Below are positions 1 through 8,232 of a DNA stretch of 63,393 nt, in pieces. Positions within the stretch are counted from its first letter, which is position 1; each line of letters begins with the position of its first letter. This DNA is from Actinomycetota bacterium. GTDB taxonomy: Bacteria; Actinomycetota; AC-67. The position numbers were made by a program, and so were the translations under genes. The stretch lies in assembly GCA_046565595.1 (NCBI GenBank), contig JBKHYG010000017.1:1-63393 (forward strand), written 5' to 3'. The notes under the pieces are model-generated. The model searched no databases, had not been told where the DNA came from, and was given only the letters and a program-made list of their open reading frames with translations.

Positions 1-671
1 ACGGCGGCCGCAACGGCTACTCGCTGTTCCTGGTGGACACCGACAACCCGGGCTGGAAGATCCTGCGCGAGATCGAGGTGATGGGCCCAGAGACCCGCGG
101 CGGAGGCCACTACGAGTTGGTCCTTGAAGATCTGGCGGTCGGCGACGAGGCTCTTCTAGGCGGCGTAGGCGAAGGGTTCGCGCTCAGCCAACATCGCCTC
201 GGGCACGGTCGTATCGCTCACGCTATGAGGTGGATCGGAGTCGCCCAGCGCAGCCTCGACATGGCGACGACGCGGGCGGTAGAGCGCGTCGCCTTCGGAA
301 AGAGGTTGGCTGAACATCAGACGGTCTCGAACTGGCTCGCCGATTCGGCGATCCAGCTCTACAACTCGCGTCTGATGGTCATGCACGCGGCTTGGCTGAT
401 CGATCAGGGGCGCTCAGCCAAGCAGGAGATCTCCATGTTGAAGGTCTATGTCTCCGAGGCGCTGAACGACATCGTGGATCGCGCTGTGCAGATCTTCGGG
501 TCGCTCGGGTATTCGAAGGACACCCCGCTCGAGGGCTTCTATCGGGCCGCCCGCGCAGCCCGGATCTACGACGGAGCTAGTGAGGTTCACCGCATGGTGA
601 TCGCGCGCAATGTCGTGAAGGCACAGCTCTCGAACGGAACGACGACGCAGGCGACCGGAGGGCTCGCGTGA
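1..671 (+). CDS. acyl-CoA dehydrogenase, C-terminal part (5' end outside window), FadE2/ACAD10-11-like
   Basis: The frame is open to the left edge (..GGRNGYSLFLVDTDNPGWKIL..). ACAD C-terminal domain motifs are present (..RVAFGKRLAEHQ.., ..RIYDGASEVHRMVIAR..). The stop overlaps the next start (GTGA at 668-671). Confidence 0.9.
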   Translation, partial: GGRNGYSLFLVDTDNPGWKILREIEVMGPETRGGGHYELVLEDLAVGDEALLGGVGEGFALSQHRLGHGRIAHAMRWIGVAQRSLDMATTRAVERVAFGKRLAEHQTVSNWLADSAIQLYNSRLMVMHAAWLIDQGRSAKQEISMLKVYVSEALNDIVDRAVQIFGSLGYSKDTPLEGFYRAARAARIYDGASEVHRMVIARNVVKAQLSNGTTTQATGGLA

Positions 672-1738
672 GCGAGATCGATCCCAGGACCGGCGCCGCA
701 CCTGGACTCGATCCACTCGTCGATCCGGATGCACTCAAGACTTACCTGGACGACCTGTTCGGCAACGACGAAGACTTGGAGATCAGCAGGCATCAAGCGG
801 GGCACTCCAACGAGACCTTCTTCGTGACCCGCGGCGACGACGCGATGGTGCTTCGAAGGCCGCCGAGACCCCCCTACCTGCCCACCGCGCACGATGTGCA
901 GCGCGAACACACCTTGTTGAACGCGCTGCACCCGTTGGGCATACGGGTTCCGCGACCGATCGTCTATTGCGCCGACGAGAGTGTGATCGGAGCGCACTTC
1001 TATCTGATGGAGAAGGTAGAGGGGACCGTGATCCGGCATGAGGTTCCGCCGGAACTCGATTCTCCCGAGCAGCACGCGCGCATCGGCGAGGAACTGATAG
1101 ACGCTCTGGCGGAACTCCACATGGCCGACTGGCGAGCGGCTGGTCTGGACGGGTTCGGCAAACCCACCGGCTACATCTCTAGGCAGCTGAAACGCTGGAA
1201 CATGCAGTTAGAGGGCGCCACGAAACTCACCCGACCGGTGCCAGATCTCGTCAAACTGACCCAGTGGCTCCACGAACATGAACCCCCCGAACAGGAACAC
1301 ACCGTCGTACAGGGCGACTACAAACTGGACAATGTCGTGTTCGCTCCCGGCGACCGGGCCCGTCTGGTCGCGATCCTCGACTGGGAGATGGGGACGATCG
1401 GCGATCCGCTAGCAGACCTCGGGTACGCGATGAGTTTCTGGCGGGAGCCAGGCGACGCACCTGATCCTCTCCACAGCGCGCTAGGTGATGTCTTCAGCGG
1501 CGAAGGTTGGCACACCCGCCAAGGGTTGATCGACCGCTATGCGTCCAAGACAGGTCGGGACATGACCGATCTGACCTTCTACCTGGTGCTGGCGGTGTGG
1601 AAACTCGCGATACTCCTAGAGGGTTCCTACGCGCGTCACCTGATGGGCACGACCGACGATCCGTTCTTCGCGGCACTCGAGCAGGGCGTACCGGCCTTGG
1701 CGGCGCGAGCGATGCAGATAGCCAAGCACGGAGCATGA
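668..1738 (+). CDS. phosphotransferase family protein (aminoglycoside-phosphotransferase/choline-kinase-like fold)
   Basis: 356-aa ORF with the kinase-fold catalytic loop 'VVQGDYKLDNVVF' and 'ILDWEMGTIGDPLADLGY'. It is translationally coupled to the upstream ACAD gene. Confidence 0.85.
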   Translation: MSEIDPRTGAAPGLDPLVDPDALKTYLDDLFGNDEDLEISRHQAGHSNETFFVTRGDDAMVLRRPPRPPYLPTAHDVQREHTLLNALHPLGIRVPRPIVYCADESVIGAHFYLMEKVEGTVIRHEVPPELDSPEQHARIGEELIDALAELHMADWRAAGLDGFGKPTGYISRQLKRWNMQLEGATKLTRPVPDLVKLTQWLHEHEPPEQEHTVVQGDYKLDNVVFAPGDRARLVAILDWEMGTIGDPLADLGYAMSFWREPGDAPDPLHSALGDVFSGEGWHTRQGLIDRYASKTGRDMTDLTFYLVLAVWKLAILLEGSYARHLMGTTDDPFFAALEQGVPALAARAMQIAKHGA

Positions 1739-1747
1739 CCCAGATGA

Positions 1748-1775
1748 GAGAGGACCCGCCGAAGCGGGTCCTCTC
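1748..1775. terminator. bidirectional hairpin terminator between convergent genes
   Basis: Perfect 12-bp stem gagaggacccgc/gcgggtcctctc with loop cgaa. It lies between the stops at 1738 (+) and 1792 (-). Confidence 0.6.
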
Positions 1776-1791
1776 CAAGGGGGATCAACTA

Positions 1792-2574
1792 TCAGCTGGC
1801 TACGCGGAGGACTCGCAGCGGACCAGACTCGGCTGAACGGTTACCAGCGGCGTCGGTCACCGAGACCTTGAGCGTCCAGAGGCCGGTGCCAAGGTCCGAC
1901 AGGTCGATCTCGACAGGTGTCGAGGTCGGGCAAGCCCCGGTGCAGTCGACATCGAAGGACTTGCTGAAGGCCTGCGGGATACCACCTAGGGTGGCTTGCT
2001 GCGGGTTCGCGGCCGGGTTGTAGTAATGAACCTGGATCTTCGCGATACCCGAACCGAGCAGATCGTCGGCCGCGGTACCGTTGAGCGAGAGTTCGTCGTC
2101 GAGCAGGCTCACCGTGACAGCCTGGGTGCCGTCGTTGAGCTGAACATCGGGCGGGAACGGTGTCACCACATCGATCGAGAAGTCAAGCGTCTCGACGGTC
2201 GGCGCGATGGTCACATCCTGGCCGAGTGTCTTCGCCGTGAAGGTCACCGTGTACGGGGCGCCCTCTTCGTTGAAGGACAGCTGCGGTACGAAGCTGAGGG
2301 TCTTGGTGTCGGCGCTGAAGGTGTGGAAGCCTCCGACGGGAGCTCCGTCACGATCCACGACGGTGGCCGACGAGCCTGTGGCGTCCAAGACGCGATCGAA
2401 CGAGGCAGCGACCAAGCGCGCGTTGTTGCTCCAACCCATCGCGACGGAGTTGCCGAGCATGATCGGCGCCGGCTTTCCCGCCGCCTGAGCGGGGACGAAC
2501 GCCGTGACCGCCGATGCGATCATCGCGGCTACCAATAGGCGTGCACTGCCCCGACGGGCCGTTACAGGGTTCAT
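1792..2574 (-). CDS. secreted hypothetical protein, probably Ig-like/beta-sandwich repeats
   Basis: Start chosen at the internal ATG (2574), preceded by the strong SD GGAGGAGGAAGAC. Signal peptide MNPVTARRGSARLLVAAMIASAVTAFVPAQAAG. T/V/D-rich beta-strand-like composition. No family recognised. Confidence 0.6.
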   Translation of the reverse strand: MNPVTARRGSARLLVAAMIASAVTAFVPAQAAGKPAPIMLGNSVAMGWSNNARLVAASFDRVLDATGSSATVVDRDGAPVGGFHTFSADTKTLSFVPQLSFNEEGAPYTVTFTAKTLGQDVTIAPTVETLDFSIDVVTPFPPDVQLNDGTQAVTVSLLDDELSLNGTAADDLLGSGIAKIQVHYYNPAANPQQATLGGIPQAFSKSFDVDCTGACPTSTPVEIDLSDLGTGLWTLKVSVTDAAGNRSAESGPLRVLRVAS

Positions 2575-2735
2575 GTCTTCCTCCTCCGGGTCTGCGGCGG
2601 ATGGTCCGCCTTCAGCCTCGGGGCGCAACTTCTGTAGGAAGACCCCTTGTGCCTGCTCCTGCTTCGACGCTTAGGCTCGAAGTTACCGTTTCATCCCTAC
2701 AACCTTCAGCACCCAAACCGAACCGGAGCGAACAG

Positions 2736-3392
2736 TTGGACGAATCAGAACCCCCCTACGAGGCCCTGTTGCTCGATTACGGAGGCGTCCTCACGACCTC
2801 CGTACACGGCAGTTTCGAGGCCTTCTGCGAGCGTGAGGAACTCGATATCCGGCTGTTCCGTCAGGTGCTCGGCTCTGCGCTGATGGACGCATCTTCGCCG
2901 GCCGCTCGGGTAGAGGTGGGCGACCTGGATCCGGAAGGATTCGACAGGGAGATGGCCGCACTCCTCTCGGCGGGCCTCGGCTGCGAGGTGAGGCCCGATG
3001 GGCTCGTTTCTCGGCTGTTCCAGGGAGTTCGCACGGAACCAGCGATGGTGGACGCGGTCGCTGACATCCGCTCGCACGGAACGACGGTGGTGTTGGTCTC
3101 GAACTCTTGGGGTGGAGCCACTTACGATCCAGCGGTGATCGACGCTCTCTTCGATTCGGTGATCATCTCTGGAGATGTCGGCGTGCGCAAGCCCGATCGC
3201 GAGATCTTCGAGTTGGCCGCGAAACGCGCTGGTACCACTACCGACCGATGCGTCTTCGTGGATGATCTTCCGCTCAACTGTGATGGCGCCCGCGCGGTGG
3301 GGATGCGTGCCATCCATCATGTGGAGCCGGGACCTACGATCTCGGTGTTGCGGGAACTGTTCGGCGGTTCACGCGACCACTCTCGTGGGTAA
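2736..3392 (+). CDS. HAD-superfamily hydrolase (subfamily IA-like phosphatase)
   Basis: HAD motif I 'LLLDYGGVLT', motif II 'VLVSNS' and motif IV 'VFVDDLPLN'. The longest ORF (from 2514) would overlap the divergent gene. An in-frame TTG at 2736 has the SD GGAGCG 6 nt upstream. The start is uncertain. Confidence 0.8.
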   Translation: MDESEPPYEALLLDYGGVLTTSVHGSFEAFCEREELDIRLFRQVLGSALMDASSPAARVEVGDLDPEGFDREMAALLSAGLGCEVRPDGLVSRLFQGVRTEPAMVDAVADIRSHGTTVVLVSNSWGGATYDPAVIDALFDSVIISGDVGVRKPDREIFELAAKRAGTTTDRCVFVDDLPLNCDGARAVGMRAIHHVEPGPTISVLRELFGGSRDHSRG

Positions 3393-3422
3393 CATCAAGA
3401 CCGAAGGGAAGACGGAGAACCT

Positions 3423-3911
3423 ATGGTGCCGAAAGCAGAGCAGGAACTTACCCAAGCCGCCTACGACCGACTGCAGGCAGAGTTGGACGAGAAGTCGACG
3501 ACTGGGCGCAAGGACATCGCCGAACGGCTGCAGCGTGCGCGCGAACTCGGAGATCTCTCCGAGAACGCGGAGTACCACTCGGTCCGCGAACAGCAGGGGA
3601 TCATGGAGGCTCGCATCCGCGAACTCCAACACATCCTCGAGAACGCGAAGATCGTGGCGGTACCAACCGACACCGGTAGTTGCGTGCCTGGGACGATCGT
3701 GACCATCCGTCCTCGGGGTGGTGGCGAGGAGGACCGTTACCTGTTCGCTGCCAGCAAGCAGGAGAAGGCGCCCGACTGCATCACCGTCACGACCGCCTCG
3801 CCGTTAGGAGAGGCGCTGCTTGGCAAGTCGGTCGGGGAAGTGACCACCTATCAGGCGCCGGGTGGCAAGTTCTCGGTCGAGGTAGTGAAGATCGAAGCCT
3901 GGAACGGTTAG
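3423..3911 (+). CDS. greA: transcription elongation factor GreA
   Basis: 162 aa. N-terminal coiled-coil '..LGDLSENAEYHSVREQQGIMEARIRELQ..' and a C-terminal FKBP-like domain typical of GreA. SD GACGGAGA lies upstream. Confidence 0.95.
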   Translation: MVPKAEQELTQAAYDRLQAELDEKSTTGRKDIAERLQRARELGDLSENAEYHSVREQQGIMEARIRELQHILENAKIVAVPTDTGSCVPGTIVTIRPRGGGEEDRYLFAASKQEKAPDCITVTTASPLGEALLGKSVGEVTTYQAPGGKFSVEVVKIEAWNG

Positions 3912-4804
3912 CGGCCCGGGATCCGGAACGCCGGTAGGACCTCAGAGCCCAAGACCTCTACCTGGCGGATGTCCGGCACCTGCGGCATGAGGATCAGCAG
4001 ATCGAGCCCCGCCTCCTCGTACTCCTTGCAGGACGCGAGGATCTCTTCGCCGCCCCCGTGGAGGAACACCTCTTCGGCTGGCGCCCACAGAGGGCCACCG
4101 TAGTAACGCTCGGTCAGCCGGGTCGCATCATCCAATGCCTGCGCATCACCGGCGGCCACATACTTCAACCCCACGATCTGGAACCGACGCTTCTTCGCGT
4201 CGGTGACCATCTGCCGGAGTTTCTCGATGCGCGGCTTGATCTGCTGGGGACCGCCGCCGGCTCCGAATATGTAGCCATCGCCAAGTTTGATCGCGCGTTC
4301 CAGGGATGCCTCGACGCTGCCGCCCACCCATATCGGCGGCATCGGCTTCTGGATCGGGGCGGGGCCGCTGACCGAAGGTTGCTCTTCGGTCGCCTTCTTG
4401 GCTGCTCGCCAGGCTCGTTTGATCTTGCGGATCTGTCTCTCGATCTTGCGCCCTCGGTTCTTCATCTTCGTGCCCAGAGCCGCGTAATCGGACTCGCGCC
4501 CGCCGAGAGCAACGCCGAGGTCGACCCGACCACCCGAGAGCCTGTCAACCGCGGCGATCTGGGTGGCGACCTGGAGTTCGTTCCGTGGAGGCAGTTGAAG
4601 CACCGTGGTCGCTAAGCGCACTCGCTCGGTAACAGCCGCCGCCGCGGCCAGAGCCACTATGGGATCGAAGCCCTCATACGCGGGGTGATCGACGGTTCCG
4701 AAGGTGTGGAAACCAAGTTGGTCCGAGACCTTCGCCCAGTCCAGCAACAATCCCCTGTTCACGGCCGGCGCGAGCGCGTTGGGTAACCCGATCCCCAGAT
4801 GCAT
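3908..4804 (-). CDS. LLM-class (luciferase-like) flavin/F420-dependent oxidoreductase
   Basis: Start set at 'MHLGIGLPN..' (ATG 4804) with a perfect SD AGGAGGAAGC. The longer ORF to 5290 overlaps the upstream gene in another frame. TIM-barrel LLM motifs 'FHTFGTVDHP', 'RLATTVLQLPPRN', 'RVDLGVALGGRESDY'. Confidence 0.85.
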   Translation of the reverse strand: MHLGIGLPNALAPAVNRGLLLDWAKVSDQLGFHTFGTVDHPAYEGFDPIVALAAAAAVTERVRLATTVLQLPPRNELQVATQIAAVDRLSGGRVDLGVALGGRESDYAALGTKMKNRGRKIERQIRKIKRAWRAAKKATEEQPSVSGPAPIQKPMPPIWVGGSVEASLERAIKLGDGYIFGAGGGPQQIKPRIEKLRQMVTDAKKRRFQIVGLKYVAAGDAQALDDATRLTERYYGGPLWAPAEEVFLHGGGEEILASCKEYEEAGLDLLILMPQVPDIRQVEVLGSEVLPAFRIPGR

Positions 4805-4818
4805 GCTTCCTCCTAAAG

Positions 4819-4848
4819 CCGACGACGCGCGATTCGGCGCGTCGTCGG
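4819..4848 (-). terminator. hairpin (terminator/attenuator) between the MTHFR-fusion gene and the LLM oxidoreductase gene
   Basis: Perfect 12-bp stem ccgacgacgcgc/gcgcgtcgtcgg with a 6-nt loop. It sits 25 nt after the stop at 4873 and just before the SD of the next gene. Confidence 0.5.
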
Positions 4849-4872
4849 GTCGTCTCCATCGGTCAGAGCTCT

Positions 4873-6714
4873 CTATGTGAGATGCTCGATCAGTTCTGCG
4901 ACCGCATCGTAGCGCCGGAACGCAGGTATGAGGTACACCCCGGACGCCCAGGGGCTCGTAGCCTCGATCGTCTCTCGGGCGATGGCCATCCCCTCGGCCC
5001 TGGGGTCGTTCGCCCTGGTCAGGCGGTCCCTGACGGCCTCCGGGATCTCTATCCCCGGCACCTCGTTGTGCAGGAATTCGGCGTGGCGTGCCCCGACCAA
5101 GGGTAGCGATCCAAGGATCAGGGGCAGGGTCAGGTCCCCGTAAGCCGCCCGGTAGGTCTCGACCAGCCGTTCGAGGCTCTTCGGCTCGTAGACCGGCTGG
5201 GTGAGCGCGAAGGCGGCTCCTGCCTCGATCTTGCGACGGAGCACGCGGGCCTCTCGTTCCAGATCGGCCGCGTTGGGGTCTACGGCGCATCCCACGGTGA
5301 ACCTGGTCGGCTCTCCGATCGTTGCCCCTGATCCGTCGCTGCCGGCGTTCAGGCGCTGAGCGATGAGCGCGATCAAACCCGACGGGGTCACCTCCGAGAG
5401 GTCTCCCGTTCCCGGGTCAGTAGACACCGGGTCGCCCATGACGGCGAACAGGTTCCGAAGGCCAAGCGCATGAGCGGCCAGCAGGTCGGACTGGATCCGC
5501 AAGAGGTTGCGTCCCCGGGTAGGGAAGTGCAGGATCGTCTCGACTCGGGCCTCGGTCTGGATCAGGTGAGCTGCTGCCCATGGCGCCATCCTTAGTTGGG
5601 CGCGAGGGGAATCGGCGATGTTGACCGTGGTCGCACCTGCGTCCCGAAGGGTCTCGGCTGCGGCGATCATGCGAGACAGGCTCGGACCGTGCGGTGGCTC
5701 CATCTCGACCGTGATGACCCGCTGTCCTGCCGCCAGCGCAGCAGCCAGACGCGAGGGCGGCTGCTCGACGGGGGTTGTGCCGGCGGGCCCTTCCTCGCTC
5801 TCGAAGACCTCTACACGAACGGCATCTGACGGAGCGGAGGCCAAGGCGGCAGCTGCCATCGCGATGTGCCGAGGACGGGTTCCGCAACACCCTCCGATGA
5901 TGCGTGCACCCACCTCGACGAATGCCGGCATGTAGCGCGCGGTGTATTCGGGCGCGGCGGAATACAGGGTCCTCCCGCCCGAATGTTGTGGCCCACCGGC
6001 GTTCGGTTGCGCGATGAGGGGTGTCGAGTGGGCATGTGGGGCCATCGCGCTCAGGACCCGCAGCACCTGCTCGGGACCTTCCGAGCAGTTCGCCCCTAGC
6101 GCGTCGGCGCCTGCAGCCGCCAGCTCGGACGCGATGCGCCAGGGAGGCTCCCCTAGCAGCGTCCGATCGTCGCGCGTGAATGTCATCGTGACCGCGACCG
6201 CAAGATCCCCGCCGACCTCTCGAGCGACCCGGAGCGCAACCAGCGCCTCGCTCAGATCGCTGAAGGTTTCGAGCAGCAGCAGATCCACTCCCGCTCTAAC
6301 AAGGGCGCCGATCTGCTCGGCGAAGGCTTCGGCAGCCGCCGGCTCTGCCACCCTCCCGTAAGGCGCCAGTCGGACCCCCAGCGGGCCGACCGACCCAGCC
6401 ACGATCTCGGCTCCTGCTTCCCGGGCTCGAGCCACGCCAGCCAGGTTCACCTCTTCGACCAGGTTCTCGGCACCGAAGGACCCCAAGCGGTAGCGGTTCG
6501 CGCCGAAGGTGTTGGTCTCGATGATCTGGGCGCCGGCCTCGACGAACGAGGCGTGCACATCCCGAACCAGGTCGCGGTCCTGGATGTTCAGTAGGTCGGC
6601 GCACGCGTCAGGTGCGGCTCCTCGTTCCAGCAGGCTCGTGCCGGTGCCCCCATCGGCCAGTAAGACACGATCGGCCAGGAGTTGAGCGAAGGAGCCACGA
6701 TCCATCGGTGGCAC
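4873..6714 (-). CDS. bifunctional homocysteine S-methyltransferase / 5,10-methylenetetrahydrofolate reductase (YitJ-like)
   Basis: The N-terminal S-methyltransferase domain has '..ADGGTGT..', 'IIETNTFGAN' and the zinc motif 'GGCCGTRPRHI'. The C-terminal MTHFR domain has '..VEMEPPHG..', 'NIADSPRAQLRM', 'HFPTRGRN'. Confidence 0.9.
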   Translation of the reverse strand: MPPMDRGSFAQLLADRVLLADGGTGTSLLERGAAPDACADLLNIQDRDLVRDVHASFVEAGAQIIETNTFGANRYRLGSFGAENLVEEVNLAGVARAREAGAEIVAGSVGPLGVRLAPYGRVAEPAAAEAFAEQIGALVRAGVDLLLLETFSDLSEALVALRVAREVGGDLAVAVTMTFTRDDRTLLGEPPWRIASELAAAGADALGANCSEGPEQVLRVLSAMAPHAHSTPLIAQPNAGGPQHSGGRTLYSAAPEYTARYMPAFVEVGARIIGGCCGTRPRHIAMAAAALASAPSDAVRVEVFESEEGPAGTTPVEQPPSRLAAALAAGQRVITVEMEPPHGPSLSRMIAAAETLRDAGATTVNIADSPRAQLRMAPWAAAHLIQTEARVETILHFPTRGRNLLRIQSDLLAAHALGLRNLFAVMGDPVSTDPGTGDLSEVTPSGLIALIAQRLNAGSDGSGATIGEPTRFTVGCAVDPNAADLEREARVLRRKIEAGAAFALTQPVYEPKSLERLVETYRAAYGDLTLPLILGSLPLVGARHAEFLHNEVPGIEIPEAVRDRLTRANDPRAEGMAIARETIEATSPWASGVYLIPAFRRYDAVAELIEHLT

Positions 6715-6791
6715 GATAGCGGCGACATGCAGGTCGCAAGAGTCGTTGCGTCGCTAGGATTGGGCCCTGACGAGATTTGGAGGGAGCCTTC

Positions 6792-7184
6792 GTGCATCGG
6801 AAACGGATCATCGCACTGGTATTGCTCGCTGCCGTGCTGCCTGCGTGCGCGGCCTTGAAGGACCGCGAGCCGTTCCTGGCGCCGGCCATCACCCTCACCG
6901 AGGACCCGGTGACCGGTCAACCGATGATGACCCCCAACGAGATCACTGGCACATGGTCCTACGGGAAGATCCAGATCGAGAACAGCACGGGCTCGGACTA
7001 CTACTTCGTCCAAGACGACCTAGCCATCTACCAGCTGCTGCCCAAGGGTCAGGCTCCCATCGTCTCGATATCTGAAGCCAAGGACGGCAGGACCTACACC
7101 TTCTACCTGGCCAAGGAGAAGCCCGAGAGCGAGATCCGGGCCGAGGGGAAGCTGCACATCAGCTACACAGAAGAGGACCTCTAA
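6792..7184 (+). CDS. lipoprotein, function unknown
   Basis: GTG at 6792 is preceded by GGAGGGAG. Signal plus lipobox 'VHRKRIIALVLLAAVLPAC'. No family recognised. Confidence 0.65.
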   Translation: MHRKRIIALVLLAAVLPACAALKDREPFLAPAITLTEDPVTGQPMMTPNEITGTWSYGKIQIENSTGSDYYFVQDDLAIYQLLPKGQAPIVSISEAKDGRTYTFYLAKEKPESEIRAEGKLHISYTEEDL

Positions 7185-7199
7185 GGCGAGGTCCTCTTC
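7170..7199. terminator. bidirectional hairpin terminator
   Basis: Perfect 12-bp stem gaagaggacctc/gaggtcctcttc with loop taaggc. It spans the TAA stop of the + gene and lies 22 nt from the stop of the convergent - gene. Confidence 0.6.
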
Positions 7200-7220
7200 G
7201 CGGAAGTCGTACAGCAGAGG

Positions 7221-7760
7221 TCAGGCTGGCCGGACATCCAGGGCTTCGTTGAGGACCTGCTCGAAATCGACATTGACCGCCTGGCCTTCGATCGTAGGGT
7301 CTTCGCGGACGGTCAGGAAGTACATGAAGTTGTCGTGGAACCATGTCGAGATGATCTGACCGTTCGACACGATCTGATACACATCGACGCCTTCCTTCTC
7401 GACCGGCTGGGGAACCGCACCCGTGATCCCGCCGAGCAGGTTCCGCAGGAACTCTCGATCATCGAGCCGTGCGTCTGGAGCTAGCCGCGAGACCTGGAAG
7501 ACTGCCCGCAGCTCCTCGCCATCGCGAAGCGCGTAGACGGCTCCCTCGCACTGGTAGGTATCTTTAGGCTCAGACGCGGTGTTCAGCGATTCTGCTGCGT
7601 CGGGCTCGGGCACAACCCGCAAGCCGCCGATCCGATCCGGTGGAGACACTTCCATCCCGAGAGTGGCGTCATCAGGACCACCGCACTGGGCCGCCTCGAA
7701 CGAGGCGCACGCGCTGAGACCCATCGCCAACACCACGAGCAAAGCGACCTTCCTGATCAT
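7221..7760 (-). CDS. lipoprotein, function unknown (last gene of the long minus-strand operon)
   Basis: Start at 'MIRKVALLVVLAMGLSAC' (ATG 7760), overlapping the upstream stop in ATGA. Lipobox LSAC. No family recognised. Confidence 0.65.
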   Translation of the reverse strand: MIRKVALLVVLAMGLSACASFEAAQCGGPDDATLGMEVSPPDRIGGLRVVPEPDAAESLNTASEPKDTYQCEGAVYALRDGEELRAVFQVSRLAPDARLDDREFLRNLLGGITGAVPQPVEKEGVDVYQIVSNGQIISTWFHDNFMYFLTVREDPTIEGQAVNVDFEQVLNEALDVRPA

Positions 7761-8224
7761 CCGTACACGACCAGCTTCCCAGACACCATGTACGGGACCA
7801 CGGTGCACTTGAACTGATAGTTGCCAGGAGCGAGGTTGATCGTCAAGGTCTTCGACTGGCCGCCATCCAACTCGCCCGAGTCGATCGGTGTTCCTTCTAC
7901 GGTGAAAGAGTGTTTCTGACCGGGGTTGGCGCTGTTGATGAACTTCACCTTGTCGCCGGACCTCACCGCGAAATCATTAGGTTCGTAGACATTGCCAGAG
8001 GTCGCCCTGACCTCGTAGGTCTCGGCCTTCGGACCTTGAGGCTTCTGAGTGGTAGGAGGCGGAGCCTTCTTGGTCGGCTTCGGCTTGTCAGGGGCCTTCT
8101 TCGTTGTCGGCGGCTTGGAGGAGGGCGGCGGCGTGTAGTCGAGATCATCACCGATGGAGGTTCCGCTCGAGCAGGCGCCGAGCACCAACAGCATCGCGAG
8201 ACTGATCGATAGACGACGGATCAT
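7757..8224 (-). CDS. cupredoxin-like lipoprotein with Pro/Lys-rich linker
   Basis: Lipobox 'LLVLGAC' and linker 'PPTTKKAPDKPKPTKKAPPPTTQKP'. The C-terminal domain '..GDKVKFINSANPGQKHSFTV..GNYQFKCTVVPYMVSGKLVV' resembles amicyanin/plastocyanin-type cupredoxins. Confidence 0.7.
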   Translation of the reverse strand: MIRRLSISLAMLLVLGACSSGTSIGDDLDYTPPPSSKPPTTKKAPDKPKPTKKAPPPTTQKPQGPKAETYEVRATSGNVYEPNDFAVRSGDKVKFINSANPGQKHSFTVEGTPIDSGELDGGQSKTLTINLAPGNYQFKCTVVPYMVSGKLVVYG

Positions 8225-8232
8225 CAGGGAAG

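Noticed and set aside
2514-2735. Upstream extension of the HAD hydrolase ORF
   Set aside because: It would overlap the divergent gene's start and promoter region. It would also add about 74 non-HAD residues before motif I, whereas HAD motif I normally lies within about 15 residues of the N-terminus.
4805-5290. N-terminal 162-aa extension of the LLM oxidoreductase ORF (ORF track 3908-5290)
   Set aside because: The extension is Arg/Gly/Pro-rich and overlaps the 3' end of the MTHFR-fusion gene. It also spans a terminator hairpin. A perfect SD precedes the internal ATG at 4804, where the conserved LLM N-terminus 'MHLGIGLPN' begins.
6715-6791. Possible SAM riboswitch upstream of the homocysteine-methyltransferase/MTHFR gene, by analogy with Bacillus yitJ
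   Set aside because: Only about 60-77 nt separate it from the divergent lipoprotein gene. That is too short for SAM-I or SAM-IV, and I could not recognise conserved riboswitch core sequences. Only a short imperfect hairpin is present.
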